In this document: positions 10,781 to 20,952 of the stretch, piece by piece | Layout: every line of letters begins with the position of its first letter | Numbering within the stretch: the first letter of the stretch is position 1 | Origin: Patescibacteria group bacterium | GTDB taxonomy: Bacteria > Patescibacteriota > Gracilibacteria > UBA1369 > 2-02-FULL-48-14 | NCBI GenBank assembly: GCA_018816805.1 | Contig: JAHIVE010000015.1 | Coordinates: 31,104 to 95,103 of the forward strand | Direction of reading: 5' to 3' | Length of the DNA stretch: 64,000 bases | Position numbers and translations under genes: made by a program | The notes under the pieces: generated by a model | The model's database searches: none | Seen by the model: only the letters and a program-made list of their open reading frames with translations | What the model was told of the DNA's origin: nothing

Positions 10781-11848
10781 TTATTCGCTAATCCTCCCCC
10801 GCTCCACCCGGAAGATTTTTACTTTTGGGAGGGATTGGACATGGGCGAGTTCCGTGGTTGTGATGATGCTTTGGTAGCCTTTGAGGAGGGTGCCGAGGTG
10901 GGCTTGGCGGGATTCGTCGAGTTCGGAGAAGACGTCATCAAGGAGCAGGAGTGGTTTTTGTTTGGTTTTTTCTTCAATGTAGTGGATTTCTGCGATTTTG
11001 AGGGCGAGGACGGCGGATCTGCATTCTCCACGGGAGCCGGTTTCAGAGAGTCGGCGGGTGTTTAGGCGAATGGTGAAGTCGTCGCGGTGGGGGCCGAGGG
11101 TTGTGGCGCCGTAGCGTATGTCCGATTCACGGCATGCGACTAGGTTTTCTTCAAAGTTTTCCTGGGGTTGGTAGTGGATGGTGAGTTTTTCAGTTGTGCC
11201 TGCAATTTGAGTGTAGAGGTCTGTGATTTTTTCTTGGATGCTTTCGACGAAACGGCGGCGGAAATTCCAGATTTTTTCGGCTTCGGCTATCAAGGCGGCG
11301 TCCCAAAGGTCGAGTTCCCAGAGAGCGGCTTGTTTATGTTGGATTCTTTTGAGGAGGGCGTTTCTTTGTTTGAGGGTGCGTTGGTAGTTTGTGAAGGCTT
11401 CAAGGTAGACGGGGTCGAGTTGGATCAGAAGGCGGTCGAAAAATTGGCGGCGGAGGGAGGGGCTGCCGTCGACCATAAGGAGGGTTTCCGGGGTGAAAAG
11501 GACTACGCGGAAGGTGCCAAGAAAGTCTTTGGGCGGGACGAGTAGGTCGTTTTTTTTGATTTTTTTGGTTTCCGGGTCGCGCTGGAGGAAAATTTCAAGG
11601 TCAGTTTTGCGTTTCTTGTCTGTGAGAGTTGCTCGGATGCGGCCGTGGGGTCTTTCATGATTTAAAGTTTCCAGGTAGCGGCGGGCGCGGAAAGATTTGC
11701 CAAGTGCAAGAAATGCCACGCTCTCAAGCAGGTTGGTTTTGCCCTGGGCGTTTTCACCGACCAGAGCGATTGTTTGGTGGTTTTTGAGGTCGAGGGTGAG
11801 CTGGTCGTAGTTGCGAAAGGACTCGAGATGGAGGGAGGATAGGTGCAT
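10781..11848 (-). CDS. recF: DNA replication and repair protein RecF
   Basis: FRNY, GENAQGKTNLLE, GPHRDD and LLLLDDVFSELD motifs. Confidence 0.97.
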   Translation of the reverse strand: MHLSSLHLESFRNYDQLTLDLKNHQTIALVGENAQGKTNLLESVAFLALGKSFRARRYLETLNHERPHGRIRATLTDKKRKTDLEIFLQRDPETKKIKKNDLLVPPKDFLGTFRVVLFTPETLLMVDGSPSLRRQFFDRLLIQLDPVYLEAFTNYQRTLKQRNALLKRIQHKQAALWELDLWDAALIAEAEKIWNFRRRFVESIQEKITDLYTQIAGTTEKLTIHYQPQENFEENLVACRESDIRYGATTLGPHRDDFTIRLNTRRLSETGSRGECRSAVLALKIAEIHYIEEKTKQKPLLLLDDVFSELDESRQAHLGTLLKGYQSIITTTELAHVQSLPKVKIFRVERGRISE

Positions 11849-11943
11849 GGAGTTAGATTAAAGCTTCCGTTTGTGGCTCACCATAATCAAGGCTTGACAA
11901 ATGTGGGTTTTTGGTTTAGAATGGCGGCTCGTAATTTTTTCCT

Positions 11944-14900
11944 ATGTCTGAAATTGATGTACCTACTCCTGTCGAGTCTCAAGATGAGGCTCAACTCCCA
12001 ACGCTTAAATTTAAGAAGGTTTTTCAGTCAAAAGAACCGATAGCCGGGAATGCCAAAGATCTTATTGCTGCTGAAAAATGGGGGGAATATACTATTGTTT
12101 TGAGGAAGCCGATATTGTCACCACCGACTCCGATACCAGAACTTGGTGAAAATCCTAGAAATCTACCTAAGCAAGAGCCACTTATAATTATTGATGGTGA
12201 GGGGCGTGAGGTGGTTGATTTTGGATTGATTTCAGGTTTGGAAGTTACGGTTTCAATAAAAGAATATTGTACTTCTTTGAGGAAATCATATGTCTGCGAT
12301 GATGAATATGATGCTACTAAAGATGATATATATGTTAAAACACTCCCAAAGCATTTTCAGAAAAAGGCGCAGGAGGCAATAAATAAGGAAAATAGACATT
12401 GGATCGACGTGAATGATATTTTGGATATAACTTCCAAACTTAGTTCTGATAAAACAGAGATTTCATTATATATGGGTGGAAAATATGTGGTTCTTTTTGA
12501 TCCTTGTGATAAAGGGTGGATTGCATATTTAACTCAAAATGAAGCAGGCGTGAGTCAAATTCCCCGGAACTGGAAGCGTTTTGATGCCGGGGCATTTTAT
12601 GAGATCCCGGAAGAATTATCAGTTCATATCAATAAGCTGAAGGAAGAAACTAAAATAGAGGGCAATGTTGTGGAATTGAGTGGGGAATATGAAGTCAGGG
12701 TTGGAGGAACAAAACTTCAGATTAGACAGGGTCCCAATGTTGTTCATGAAGAAACTTTAGCTGAGGTTGGTGATAATGTTTGTGTGGACCCTTCAAACCC
12801 TTCAATGGTTTATTTTTGTAGAAGTGAAAATCCTGAAGAATTGTATGTGTTGGATATTAGTGAGTCTCTTCCCTGGACTTCCAGACAAGCGCGGTTCCCA
12901 AAACAATATTCGTCCATAAAGAATCTTGGTTTTCATCCTTCAGGGAAATTTTTGACATTTTTGGATGGAAAAAATTTGGTTTTACTGTCAAAAAGCACTT
13001 TGGAGGAGATTGGAAGAATTGAGGGAGGGGCTTTTGCCCAGTGGGATGAGCAAGGGCGCATGCGAACTTTAGATAGTAAGGGGCATTTTATTGTTGTTAA
13101 ATTCAATTTGGACAAAATTGACAACGCTATCCAAGCAAGAAGGGTGGCTGAACTTGCAAGAGGTGTTGATATTGAAGCTATGTTTGAAGGTGTACAAGGG
13201 CCTCAAAGTAATGAGAGTGCCGGTGAGGGTGATGGACAGGAAGATTTTAGTTATTTGGACGAATTTAAAGCAAAAGCGATTGCTGTTGCCAGAAAGAAGC
13301 TTAGTCGAGCGAATGATTTGACGGCTTTAGATGTGATTGGTGGACAAGTTAACGTACTTGAAACGCAACTTGCGGGACAAGGGTTGGATTCGGCTGCTGT
13401 GGCATACGTTAGTGGTGGTGTGATAGAAATGATTGAAAAAAGGAAAACTGAGCTTGCAGAACCTGTTGTACGAGAGGCTTTGGGGCGTGTTCGCGCTATG
13501 CTTGCTTCACTTTCTGTGAGGGCTATTTCAGAGATTCGGGAGGATTTGAGTGAGTTGGATGGGCTTTTGGGAAGTGTTGAGGTTGAGGTGAGGGATGAAG
13601 TTAGGGATGTTCGTGATGGTTTTAGGTTGGAAGTGGCGAGGTTTTTTGAGAAAGAGGCCGGGAAAATTAAATGCCAGGTGAATTCTATGGTTGAAAAGGC
13701 CCGGAATGATTTGGATGGTTTTGAGAGTAAAAGGGATTTTGATGAGTGGCTGCATGATATTTATCCCGCAATGAGGCGGAATTTGGGTGAACTTGAGGCG
13801 GATTGTCCGCTTGAGGCGACTGAGGCGCATGAGGCGATTACTTTGGCTAAAACAACACTGAGAGACCTTGCGGATCAATATGAAAAGAGGTTTGAGATGG
13901 AATATGCGGCTGTTCGTGAACGGGCGGCTGAGCATGTGAAGGCGTCTGCGGATGATTTAAAAAAAGATATTGCTCGCTTTTTGAAGGGTTTAAAACGGAA
14001 GGGATTTAAAAGTCGAACGGATGCTGAGCGTTATATAAATGAAAGTTCAGAGCGTGAGATGATTGAGGATGCAATTGGGGCGCTTGGTAGGCGGAATGAA
14101 GAATTGGCGAATTCGCTTTCCAGACAATTAAAGTCTGATTTGGCGCTTGCGGTTGATGCAATTGAAAGAGGAAAAGCTACAACTGTTGTGGAAAGTGGTG
14201 AACAGATGGTTGATTTGGGAGGAGTTGCTTTCCCTCGTTTTGAGGCGAAGGTAAAACGGAAAGAGATGCCAACTGTTACTCCGACTTTTGTTCGTGATCA
14301 GCGAACAGTTGGGCCGGGTGTTAAACCGGCGGACGTTTACGGGGATATTTGTTTGAGAGTGAAAGATGCGCATGGGAAAGTGAAAGTGATTCGGCTTTTT
14401 GAAGGCAGAAATGATGAGGACGAATGGCGAAATTCGGAGCTGACCGGAATTGAACTTAGAGGTGGCTCTGTAAAGTCTTCATATATGCAGCATGGTGATT
14501 TTGCAGCATTTAGAAAACAATTTTTGGCTTGGGGAACAGAGGATGCGCCCGGGGTGCTTCGTGTTCAGTATGAGGAGAAGCGTGAAGCTGTGAAAGAGTG
14601 TTATGCTCGTCGGCATAAAGTTGGTGAGCGTGGGACTGAGGATGTCCATTGGCAGCTTGAATATAGGCGACTTTTGGAGGAGTATGCGAATTTCTGCAGC
14701 GAAAATAATATTGCGCTTTTGAGGCAAGTGGACAGGCAGCTTGAGGCTGAATGTGCAGTTGATCCAAACGGAAAGGGTGTTGTGCCGGAATGGAAGTCGG
14801 ATTGGACTTCAGACAGTTTGACGGAGGAATATTTGGCGGATATGGCACGGAATTTGAATTTGCAAAGAACAAAGAAAGAAGGACTTTTAATGCTTGCGGG

Positions 14901-15882
14901 GCATGCTGGTACCGGTAAGGACGTTTTGGTCCAGATGTTCTGTAATTTAACTAACAGACCTTACGCCGGATTTAACTGTACAAAGTGGACAACTGAAGCT
15001 GATTTGGTTGAAGATGTGCAGCTTGAATCTGTTGATGGTTCGGTTAGGACCGTGAAAGTACCTTCAATTATTGCCAGAGCAATTCAAACCGATGGTTCGG
15101 TTGTGTATTTGAATGAGTTTAATGCTATGCCGCATACAGCGCAGCTTGCAATTCATTCGCTTTTGGATGCTAAGAGAATTTTAATTCCACCAACGAGTCC
15201 GGATAAACCGGTGAAAGCAGTTGATTCGGTTCTGTTTGTTGCTTCAATGAATGAAGATTATGAGGGAACTGAGGATCCAAACTTTGCAACAAAGAGTCGT
15301 ATGAGTTACACAAGAATTGGATATCCACCTTTGACCAGGCCGGCTGCTAAAGAAGATCCGAATCAGAATCCTTTGTTTGATTCTGCAGAGGCTCTGCGTA
15401 TTGCAAGATGGGTTTCTTCTTTAATTGATTTAACTTGGGAACCGCAGGCGGATAGAAATGCTTTTGTGAAGATGTGGGATAAGTATATAAACGGAACCGG
15501 AGATGGGCAAACCCCTACCCCGGAGCAGAAATTTGACCTTGATGTAATTCTTTCACTCGTGCAGTTTGGTGCGCATTTCAGGGATTCGTTTATTGCAAAA
15601 TTCAATAGGAGTCATGATAGATCCGCTAGAAATCTTCGCAAGAAATTGCCTGTGGAAGGTCCGCTTACAATGCGTGAAATGACTTCCGCTGCGTGGTATT
15701 TAAGTGACTGTATTTCAAGTGAAGAAAAACTTTCCGGCAAATTGAATCCGGAGGAAGTGGCTAAGATGCTTTTAACGAGATACTACATTGTTAAAACCAA
15801 GAGTGAGGCGGATCGCGATACTATGGAGCGGACGCTTGATACTGACGGCGTGTTTGCAATGCAAAAGCGTCTTGAGATTTAA
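11944..15882 (+). CDS. Giant MoxR/NirQ-like AAA+ ATPase with N-terminal beta-rich region and long coiled coil
   Basis: Walker A GHAGTGKD, Walker B-like VVYLNEFN, sensor-1 VASMN, YEGT...ATKSR; upstream TTGACA-17-TAGAAT promoter. Confidence 0.85.
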   Translation: MSEIDVPTPVESQDEAQLPTLKFKKVFQSKEPIAGNAKDLIAAEKWGEYTIVLRKPILSPPTPIPELGENPRNLPKQEPLIIIDGEGREVVDFGLISGLEVTVSIKEYCTSLRKSYVCDDEYDATKDDIYVKTLPKHFQKKAQEAINKENRHWIDVNDILDITSKLSSDKTEISLYMGGKYVVLFDPCDKGWIAYLTQNEAGVSQIPRNWKRFDAGAFYEIPEELSVHINKLKEETKIEGNVVELSGEYEVRVGGTKLQIRQGPNVVHEETLAEVGDNVCVDPSNPSMVYFCRSENPEELYVLDISESLPWTSRQARFPKQYSSIKNLGFHPSGKFLTFLDGKNLVLLSKSTLEEIGRIEGGAFAQWDEQGRMRTLDSKGHFIVVKFNLDKIDNAIQARRVAELARGVDIEAMFEGVQGPQSNESAGEGDGQEDFSYLDEFKAKAIAVARKKLSRANDLTALDVIGGQVNVLETQLAGQGLDSAAVAYVSGGVIEMIEKRKTELAEPVVREALGRVRAMLASLSVRAISEIREDLSELDGLLGSVEVEVRDEVRDVRDGFRLEVARFFEKEAGKIKCQVNSMVEKARNDLDGFESKRDFDEWLHDIYPAMRRNLGELEADCPLEATEAHEAITLAKTTLRDLADQYEKRFEMEYAAVRERAAEHVKASADDLKKDIARFLKGLKRKGFKSRTDAERYINESSEREMIEDAIGALGRRNEELANSLSRQLKSDLALAVDAIERGKATTVVESGEQMVDLGGVAFPRFEAKVKRKEMPTVTPTFVRDQRTVGPGVKPADVYGDICLRVKDAHGKVKVIRLFEGRNDEDEWRNSELTGIELRGGSVKSSYMQHGDFAAFRKQFLAWGTEDAPGVLRVQYEEKREAVKECYARRHKVGERGTEDVHWQLEYRRLLEEYANFCSENNIALLRQVDRQLEAECAVDPNGKGVVPEWKSDWTSDSLTEEYLADMARNLNLQRTKKEGLLMLAGHAGTGKDVLVQMFCNLTNRPYAGFNCTKWTTEADLVEDVQLESVDGSVRTVKVPSIIARAIQTDGSVVYLNEFNAMPHTAQLAIHSLLDAKRILIPPTSPDKPVKAVDSVLFVASMNEDYEGTEDPNFATKSRMSYTRIGYPPLTRPAAKEDPNQNPLFDSAEALRIARWVSSLIDLTWEPQADRNAFVKMWDKYINGTGDGQTPTPEQKFDLDVILSLVQFGAHFRDSFIAKFNRSHDRSARNLRKKLPVEGPLTMREMTSAAWYLSDCISSEEKLSGKLNPEEVAKMLLTRYYIVKTKSEADRDTMERTLDTDGVFAMQKRLEI

Positions 15883-15899
15883 TTTTCTAACCTGGTAAA

Positions 15900-18800
15900 A
15901 TGGCAGAAATTGATCCCAGAAAAGGTGAGAAGATTTCAAGAGAACGACTGCGAGATGTTGTCGCAGTTTCAAGACAGGTAAGTGAAAGCGGGACAAAGGT
16001 TTATCCCGGAGACAGGTGGGCTTTGCATTACACAGAGGATACTGCGGCACGGCAGGAGAAACTTCAGGGCCTTATGGCCGGGAGATATTCAGCTGCGGAT
16101 GTGGCGGCCAGTTTGAAGCCTGATGCACTTTTGTATGATGCTTCTGATTTTGAACGTGAGGATGCGGGTGCGGTTCTGGGGCGGATTCAGGATGAGGTGA
16201 ATAGGATTGATTATTTTGATTATGAGCGGTTTGCGTCGTTTCTTTCACGGATGAGTGTGAGTGGAGTTCCGTTGGATGCTTTGCAGAGAATTTACAGCGG
16301 GATTCAGAAAAATCGAACTCGGAAACAGTTTCATAATGCGTATGGATGGACAGGGAAGAAGAGAGTTGAAGCGATTGTTCGCGCTGAAATGGAAGGACTT
16401 TGTGATCGGTTATCCGGAATGGATGATTGGAGTGCTGTTTGTGCTGCTTTGTCTGCTGATTTTGCGTGTGAGGGACTGGGTTTGATTCGGACAAATGAGC
16501 GTGATGCGATTGTTAGTGGGCTTGATACCGGACAGCGGAAAGTTTTTGAATCTGTGAGGGAGCATGTTCGGTCTTATGTTGAACGTGGGAGTGAGAGGGC
16601 TTTTGAGTCTATCATGGAAAGTTTGAAGGGAGAGGAGCCGCAAAAGGAGCCGTTTGAGCCGAGTGAGGAGATGCAAAAGCTTCAAGAGGAGCTTGAGGAT
16701 TACATTGATGATGTTGGGCCTCCGGGTTCTTCAGAAGATCCGGCTATTCCACCGGATGACTGTGATGAATATAATGATCCGGGTGAACCCGGGCAAAGTG
16801 GCTCGGAGAGTCGTGAAAAGGAAGCTTCTCAAGCGTTTTTTGAAATTGAACCGGCCGGGGTTAGTACAAAGCCGCTTGTTGGATATTACTGCAGCGGTCG
16901 GAAAAGTTATTATGATGTGCCGAGGAAAACTTGGAGCAAAAAGAAGCAATTAACTTCGTATTCCGGGGTTATTGCGGGTGACGAAAGATGGAAAATTTCC
17001 GGGACCATTGAGGGTGATGTGAAGGCGCTGCCAATTCCGAACGGGTATGCGTTGGATATGTCTTCACTTTCCGGCGGTGTTCAGGTTTTCAGAGATCAGA
17101 ATGGGTGTTTTTATGTGCATTCTTCCGTACGAAGTTCATTTTCTGTGGACTTTTTGAAGGATCCAAACATGCATGTGGGAATGCCAATTCAGGAAGATTT
17201 GGCGCAGATTTATAGTGGTTCCTTGTCCGGTGGAAGTGAGGCGGTTTTAAAGCAAATTCAGTCGCTTCCCTCCCCTGCTCAGAAAGCGGATTTGGTGAGG
17301 GAGCATATTTTGGGGTCGCATTTTTATCCGGGTGGTGGAGATTTGAAGGCGGCGCAGGCGCTGCAACATAAGCTAAGGAGCGAGTCGAGTGCTGTGAATT
17401 ATTTGCAAAACCTTGATGCCAGTGAATATTTGGAATGTTATTCTGCGAATACGCTTTTTGTGGCAATGATGAGGAAGGCCGGTGTTCAGGCAAGGCTTGT
17501 TGTTGGGCATATGTTGGATGGTTCAAATGTGCGGGACGGGAAGTCAGTGATTGATCAGTCGACCGGGCATGCTTGGTCTGAAATTTGGGATGGAAGTGCT
17601 TGGGTGCGCTATGATGCTACGCCAAAACCTAAGCCGGAGGATAAGGATCCATCGCAGGATTCTGGGGATTCCGGTGGTCAAGGAGAAATGGAAAATGCGG
17701 ATGATGGGGGTTCGCAAGAGGAAGATGGTCAGCCGCAGGATGGTGGTTCGCAAGAGAGTGGTGAGGCCGGTGATATGACAAAAGATGTTCAAGATCAAGT
17801 TGATCAGCGAGTTGAGGAAGTTGAATCTTCTTCATCTGATTCGTCTGAAGGTATGCCGGAGGCGAGTGATACTGAAATGAGTGAGGCGGAGGCTGGAATG
17901 GAAGAGGCCACGCAGGAGATGGAAGCTATGGAGGAGAAAAAACGGGAAATGGAAAAGCAGGTTAAACAAGTGGAGAAGTTTCAGGATTTGCAGGATTTGA
18001 AGGACCAGCTTGAGAATGAAGACTTGTTTGAAGACATGAAGGATTCAGTTGAGGATTTGATTGATAAAAAGGAAGAGCAGATGAAAGATGAGATTCGGGA
18101 TCGTTTGGAGGACTTGGAGGATGCCGGGTTTGTTGATGAAAAGCGTCGTGAGGAGTTGGAGGATAAATTGGATGAGCTTGATTTGAATGAGCTTGATAAT
18201 TTACTTGAGCAAATTGACAGGGAGAGTGCTTTGTATGAGAAATATGAGGAAATTTGTGAGGAAGTTATGCCTTATGTGGAGGAGTGGTATAGATACATTG
18301 CTGAAAAGTTGCCACGGAAACTTGAACTTGAGCTTGATGAGGAAACTTTGATGCGTCAGGGGAAATTGAATCGGCGCAGTGTGCATAGATATTCAAATTT
18401 GCTATTTGGGACGGTTTACAATCCAAGGGTTTACAGAGCGTCTGTGAAACCAAAATTTTTGGCTTCAATTGTTTTGGATGTTTCCGGATCAATGAGTGGA
18501 GAAAAGCTACAAAATGCGTTGAAGCTTTTGGTTTTTTATTGTGAGCTTTTTAATATGATCAGCGCGAAGTTTGGGTATATTCGGTTTTCAATAAAAATAT
18601 TTGCTGACGGTGTGTGGGAAATTAAGGATTTTGGTCAGGATTATGATTCGTCAACGCGTTATGACTTTATGGACGGAACGAGTTCGACCATAAAAGTGCG
18701 GCTTATGACTGCAGTGCAGGCCGGTGGTGGAACGAATATGCTTGAGGCAATTCAAAAATCGGCTCGGGATATGACTGAGGAAACTTGGGAATATCCGGAT

Positions 18801-19076
18801 TATGCGTCGGCTTTGAATTTTATTGGTGATGGTGGAGACACTTGCGGGAATACAGGTAGAATTCGGCAGTTTATTGAAACTAAGGATGAGGAAGACGGAT
18901 TTGGGAATCATATGCATTTTGCAACTTTCTTGGGTGATGAGGCGCAAAGACAAGTGCTGGCGGATATTTTTGGGGATGAGCACACGTCCGTTGCAAGTGA
19001 CTTTGAAGAGTTGATTGGAGTTAGCATGGAGCAGTTTGGTGATCAGATTGAGGAATATGTTGATAGTATGAGTTAG
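15900..19076 (+). CDS. Transglutaminase-like domain, acidic linker and C-terminal von Willebrand A domain fusion protein
   Basis: LECYSANTLFVAMMR...GHAWSEIW...YDATP gives a Cys-His-Asp triad; VLDVSGSMSG MIDAS motif, GGGTN and IGDGG. Confidence 0.88.
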   Translation: MAEIDPRKGEKISRERLRDVVAVSRQVSESGTKVYPGDRWALHYTEDTAARQEKLQGLMAGRYSAADVAASLKPDALLYDASDFEREDAGAVLGRIQDEVNRIDYFDYERFASFLSRMSVSGVPLDALQRIYSGIQKNRTRKQFHNAYGWTGKKRVEAIVRAEMEGLCDRLSGMDDWSAVCAALSADFACEGLGLIRTNERDAIVSGLDTGQRKVFESVREHVRSYVERGSERAFESIMESLKGEEPQKEPFEPSEEMQKLQEELEDYIDDVGPPGSSEDPAIPPDDCDEYNDPGEPGQSGSESREKEASQAFFEIEPAGVSTKPLVGYYCSGRKSYYDVPRKTWSKKKQLTSYSGVIAGDERWKISGTIEGDVKALPIPNGYALDMSSLSGGVQVFRDQNGCFYVHSSVRSSFSVDFLKDPNMHVGMPIQEDLAQIYSGSLSGGSEAVLKQIQSLPSPAQKADLVREHILGSHFYPGGGDLKAAQALQHKLRSESSAVNYLQNLDASEYLECYSANTLFVAMMRKAGVQARLVVGHMLDGSNVRDGKSVIDQSTGHAWSEIWDGSAWVRYDATPKPKPEDKDPSQDSGDSGGQGEMENADDGGSQEEDGQPQDGGSQESGEAGDMTKDVQDQVDQRVEEVESSSSDSSEGMPEASDTEMSEAEAGMEEATQEMEAMEEKKREMEKQVKQVEKFQDLQDLKDQLENEDLFEDMKDSVEDLIDKKEEQMKDEIRDRLEDLEDAGFVDEKRREELEDKLDELDLNELDNLLEQIDRESALYEKYEEICEEVMPYVEEWYRYIAEKLPRKLELELDEETLMRQGKLNRRSVHRYSNLLFGTVYNPRVYRASVKPKFLASIVLDVSGSMSGEKLQNALKLLVFYCELFNMISAKFGYIRFSIKIFADGVWEIKDFGQDYDSSTRYDFMDGTSSTIKVRLMTAVQAGGGTNMLEAIQKSARDMTEETWEYPDYASALNFIGDGGDTCGNTGRIRQFIETKDEEDGFGNHMHFATFLGDEAQRQVLADIFGDEHTSVASDFEELIGVSMEQFGDQIEEYVDSMS

Positions 19077-19159
19077 GGCTTTTGTTTAGCGATTTTTCTT
19101 GAGTTCGTTGGTTTTTTCCTATAAAAACACGGCGAACTTCATGCTACTTCACGCAAAAA

Positions 19160-20572
19160 ATGGCAGATGAAAGGATAGATCAGTCAAATCAAGAGGCTGT
19201 GCCCACGGGTACGGGGGCTGGGTCATATGTTGAGAGAGGAACTGAAGTGATTTTAGATGCTGTACAGGATATGATTCGGCGGGCAAAAAATGCTGTTTTG
19301 GGGCCGGGTTTTCATGAGGCACCGACGGAAATTCTTGAAGATGACAAAGTTTCTTCTATGGATCTAGAGGTGGAGTCTGGATGTGATTCTTCAGGTGCTG
19401 TTTCTGGGCCGTCTTCGGGCGGGTTGACTCCAGCTACCGTGGAGGAAATACCAACGGATGGAGAAGAGGTAGTGGAATTGCCCGTTTTTGTATCTTCAGA
19501 TGGAAGTGATGGCACTCCTCCTGCGCCACATCAAGCTGGAGCACATTTGGTTCGGGATGAATATGCAAAGAAGAAAAATTTGTTTAGGTTTGGAAGAGGA
19601 GAAACTGATGCTTCAGAGCATGATAAAAAGGATTATCCTGTTGGACAAAGTAGACGAGAGGTTCACGCAAGAATGAGGCTTATGATTGAAATGTTGGAGC
19701 ATAATTATGGGTCAGAGGCAGTGGAAAGGGTTGGTGTAATAAGGTTGCAAGAATATGTGGATCCAATAACATTTTATATACATGATGACGACCCGATTTT
19801 TGCTGACATGCCGGTAATTTTTGAAATTAAAAAGAAATTGGTGAGTGGCGGTTTAAGCAATGAAGAGGTTGATTACACCGGTGTTGTGGAAACATTTCAG
19901 TATGAGTTTGTAGCCGGCTATGTTGGTAAGCTTTTTAATGATGTGATAGAGCGGATTGATAACATTGTTACTGCATATAAAAGAGATGGAATTGCATATG
20001 TTGCGACTGATTTTGGATATGTTACTCATGAATTTCTGCGTGATTTGGAACATGTTTGTAAACGAATTGTCTCAGATAGCGAGCTTCAAGATGATATTGT
20101 TTTTATTCAGGAAAATTATCAGTCAGTTGGGCGTGAAACGGAGGCTAGCAAGAGGCTTAGGGAGGAACTTTTGGATATTGAAGCTTCACCTGAAAAGTTG
20201 GAAGCGGTTGAGTTTGTAGAAAAAGTAAAGGCGCAAGTTGATGCGTATGAGGAATTTGAGAGTCGTTTAAATCTTAAAAGTATGACTCCGGATGATGCTA
20301 GAGCATTAGGGATTAGGCAGATGCTTTTGTTGAAACTTGTTATTGGTCATATGAACAAACATATTGCCGGGCCAATAATGAAGCTTTTTAATGAAATTGA
20401 ACTTGAGGAAGGAGGTACCGGAAGAGCAATTGATTATTATCGTGAACAAGAACCTGTAGTGGTTTTGGACTATTGTTTAAAAAGTTTTGTGCAACTTTTG
20501 AGAATACAAAAAACCTTAAAGCAATTGCGCGGGCTAATTATTGGGCCGGATTCACTTAGAAGGATTGTCTAG
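19160..20572 (+). CDS. Hypothetical protein with acidic, disordered N-terminus
   Basis: 470-aa ORF; no recognised motif. Confidence 0.7.
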   Translation: MADERIDQSNQEAVPTGTGAGSYVERGTEVILDAVQDMIRRAKNAVLGPGFHEAPTEILEDDKVSSMDLEVESGCDSSGAVSGPSSGGLTPATVEEIPTDGEEVVELPVFVSSDGSDGTPPAPHQAGAHLVRDEYAKKKNLFRFGRGETDASEHDKKDYPVGQSRREVHARMRLMIEMLEHNYGSEAVERVGVIRLQEYVDPITFYIHDDDPIFADMPVIFEIKKKLVSGGLSNEEVDYTGVVETFQYEFVAGYVGKLFNDVIERIDNIVTAYKRDGIAYVATDFGYVTHEFLRDLEHVCKRIVSDSELQDDIVFIQENYQSVGRETEASKRLREELLDIEASPEKLEAVEFVEKVKAQVDAYEEFESRLNLKSMTPDDARALGIRQMLLLKLVIGHMNKHIAGPIMKLFNEIELEEGGTGRAIDYYREQEPVVVLDYCLKSFVQLLRIQKTLKQLRGLIIGPDSLRRIV

Positions 20573-20716
20573 TTCCTCCGTGATTCTCTGAAAGGCAGCT
20601 TGAACGTTTTTTCTTGCGTCTATATCAAATAGACCTGCTGCTTCAGCTATTGCGGCAAATCTTGCCTCATCTGCTGGGGTTACTACTATTTCAGCTTGTT
20701 TTGCTGCTTCTGACAT
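20552..20716 (-). CDS. Possible small helical protein (54 aa, MSEAAKQ...)
   Basis: ATG-initiated frame with protein-like composition; 21-bp convergent overlap with the neighbouring gene. Confidence 0.4.
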   Translation of the reverse strand: MSEAAKQAEIVVTPADEARFAAIAEAAGLFDIDARKNVQAAFQRITEELDNPSK

Positions 20717-20784
20717 TAGGTGAGTGGTTAATGCGACTTCATAATGCACTTCCAAACCTGTTTTGTCAAGGTTTTGTTTGGGTT

Positions 20785-20814
20785 TTGACAGTTAAACTCA
20801 TTTATTGCTATGCT
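20785..20814 (+). promoter_or_regulatory. Promoter for the thrS leader
   Basis: TTGACA (20785-20790)-18 bp-TATGCT (20809-20814) with extended TG. Confidence 0.65.
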
Positions 20815-20818
20815 AAAA

Positions 20819-20872
20819 ATGATGAAGATCATAAACACAAGTACGACCACTAAAGCCACCTTAAGAGGGTGA
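20819..20872 (+). CDS. Thr-rich leader peptide MMKIINTSTTTKATLRG
   Basis: Five Thr codons (ACA, ACG, ACC, ACT, ACC) within eight codons, directly upstream of thrS. Confidence 0.85.
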   Translation: MMKIINTSTTTKATLRG

Positions 20873-20930
20873 GGTCGTTTGTGAATGCAAAACACAATTG
20901 ACTTCACAAGTGAGTCCGATTTTTGCTTTA
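20836..20930 (+). promoter_or_regulatory. Attenuator with alternative hairpins upstream of thrS
   Basis: 1:2 cacaa-gt-acgacc/ggtcgt-ttgtg; 2:3 ttgtgaa/ttcacaa; 3:4 gacttca-caag-tgagtc followed by a T tract at 20920-20924. Confidence 0.65.
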
Positions 20931-20952
20931 ATTCTTTGTAACCAAGATTTCT

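Noticed and set aside
11865..11882. LexA-like half site CTCACC upstream of recF
   Set aside because: No matching GGTGAG half at the 6-bp spacing.
20819..20952. T-box riboswitch upstream of thrS
   Set aside because: The leader is too short for stem I and lacks the UGGNACC T-box bulge; the Thr-rich uORF explains the region better.
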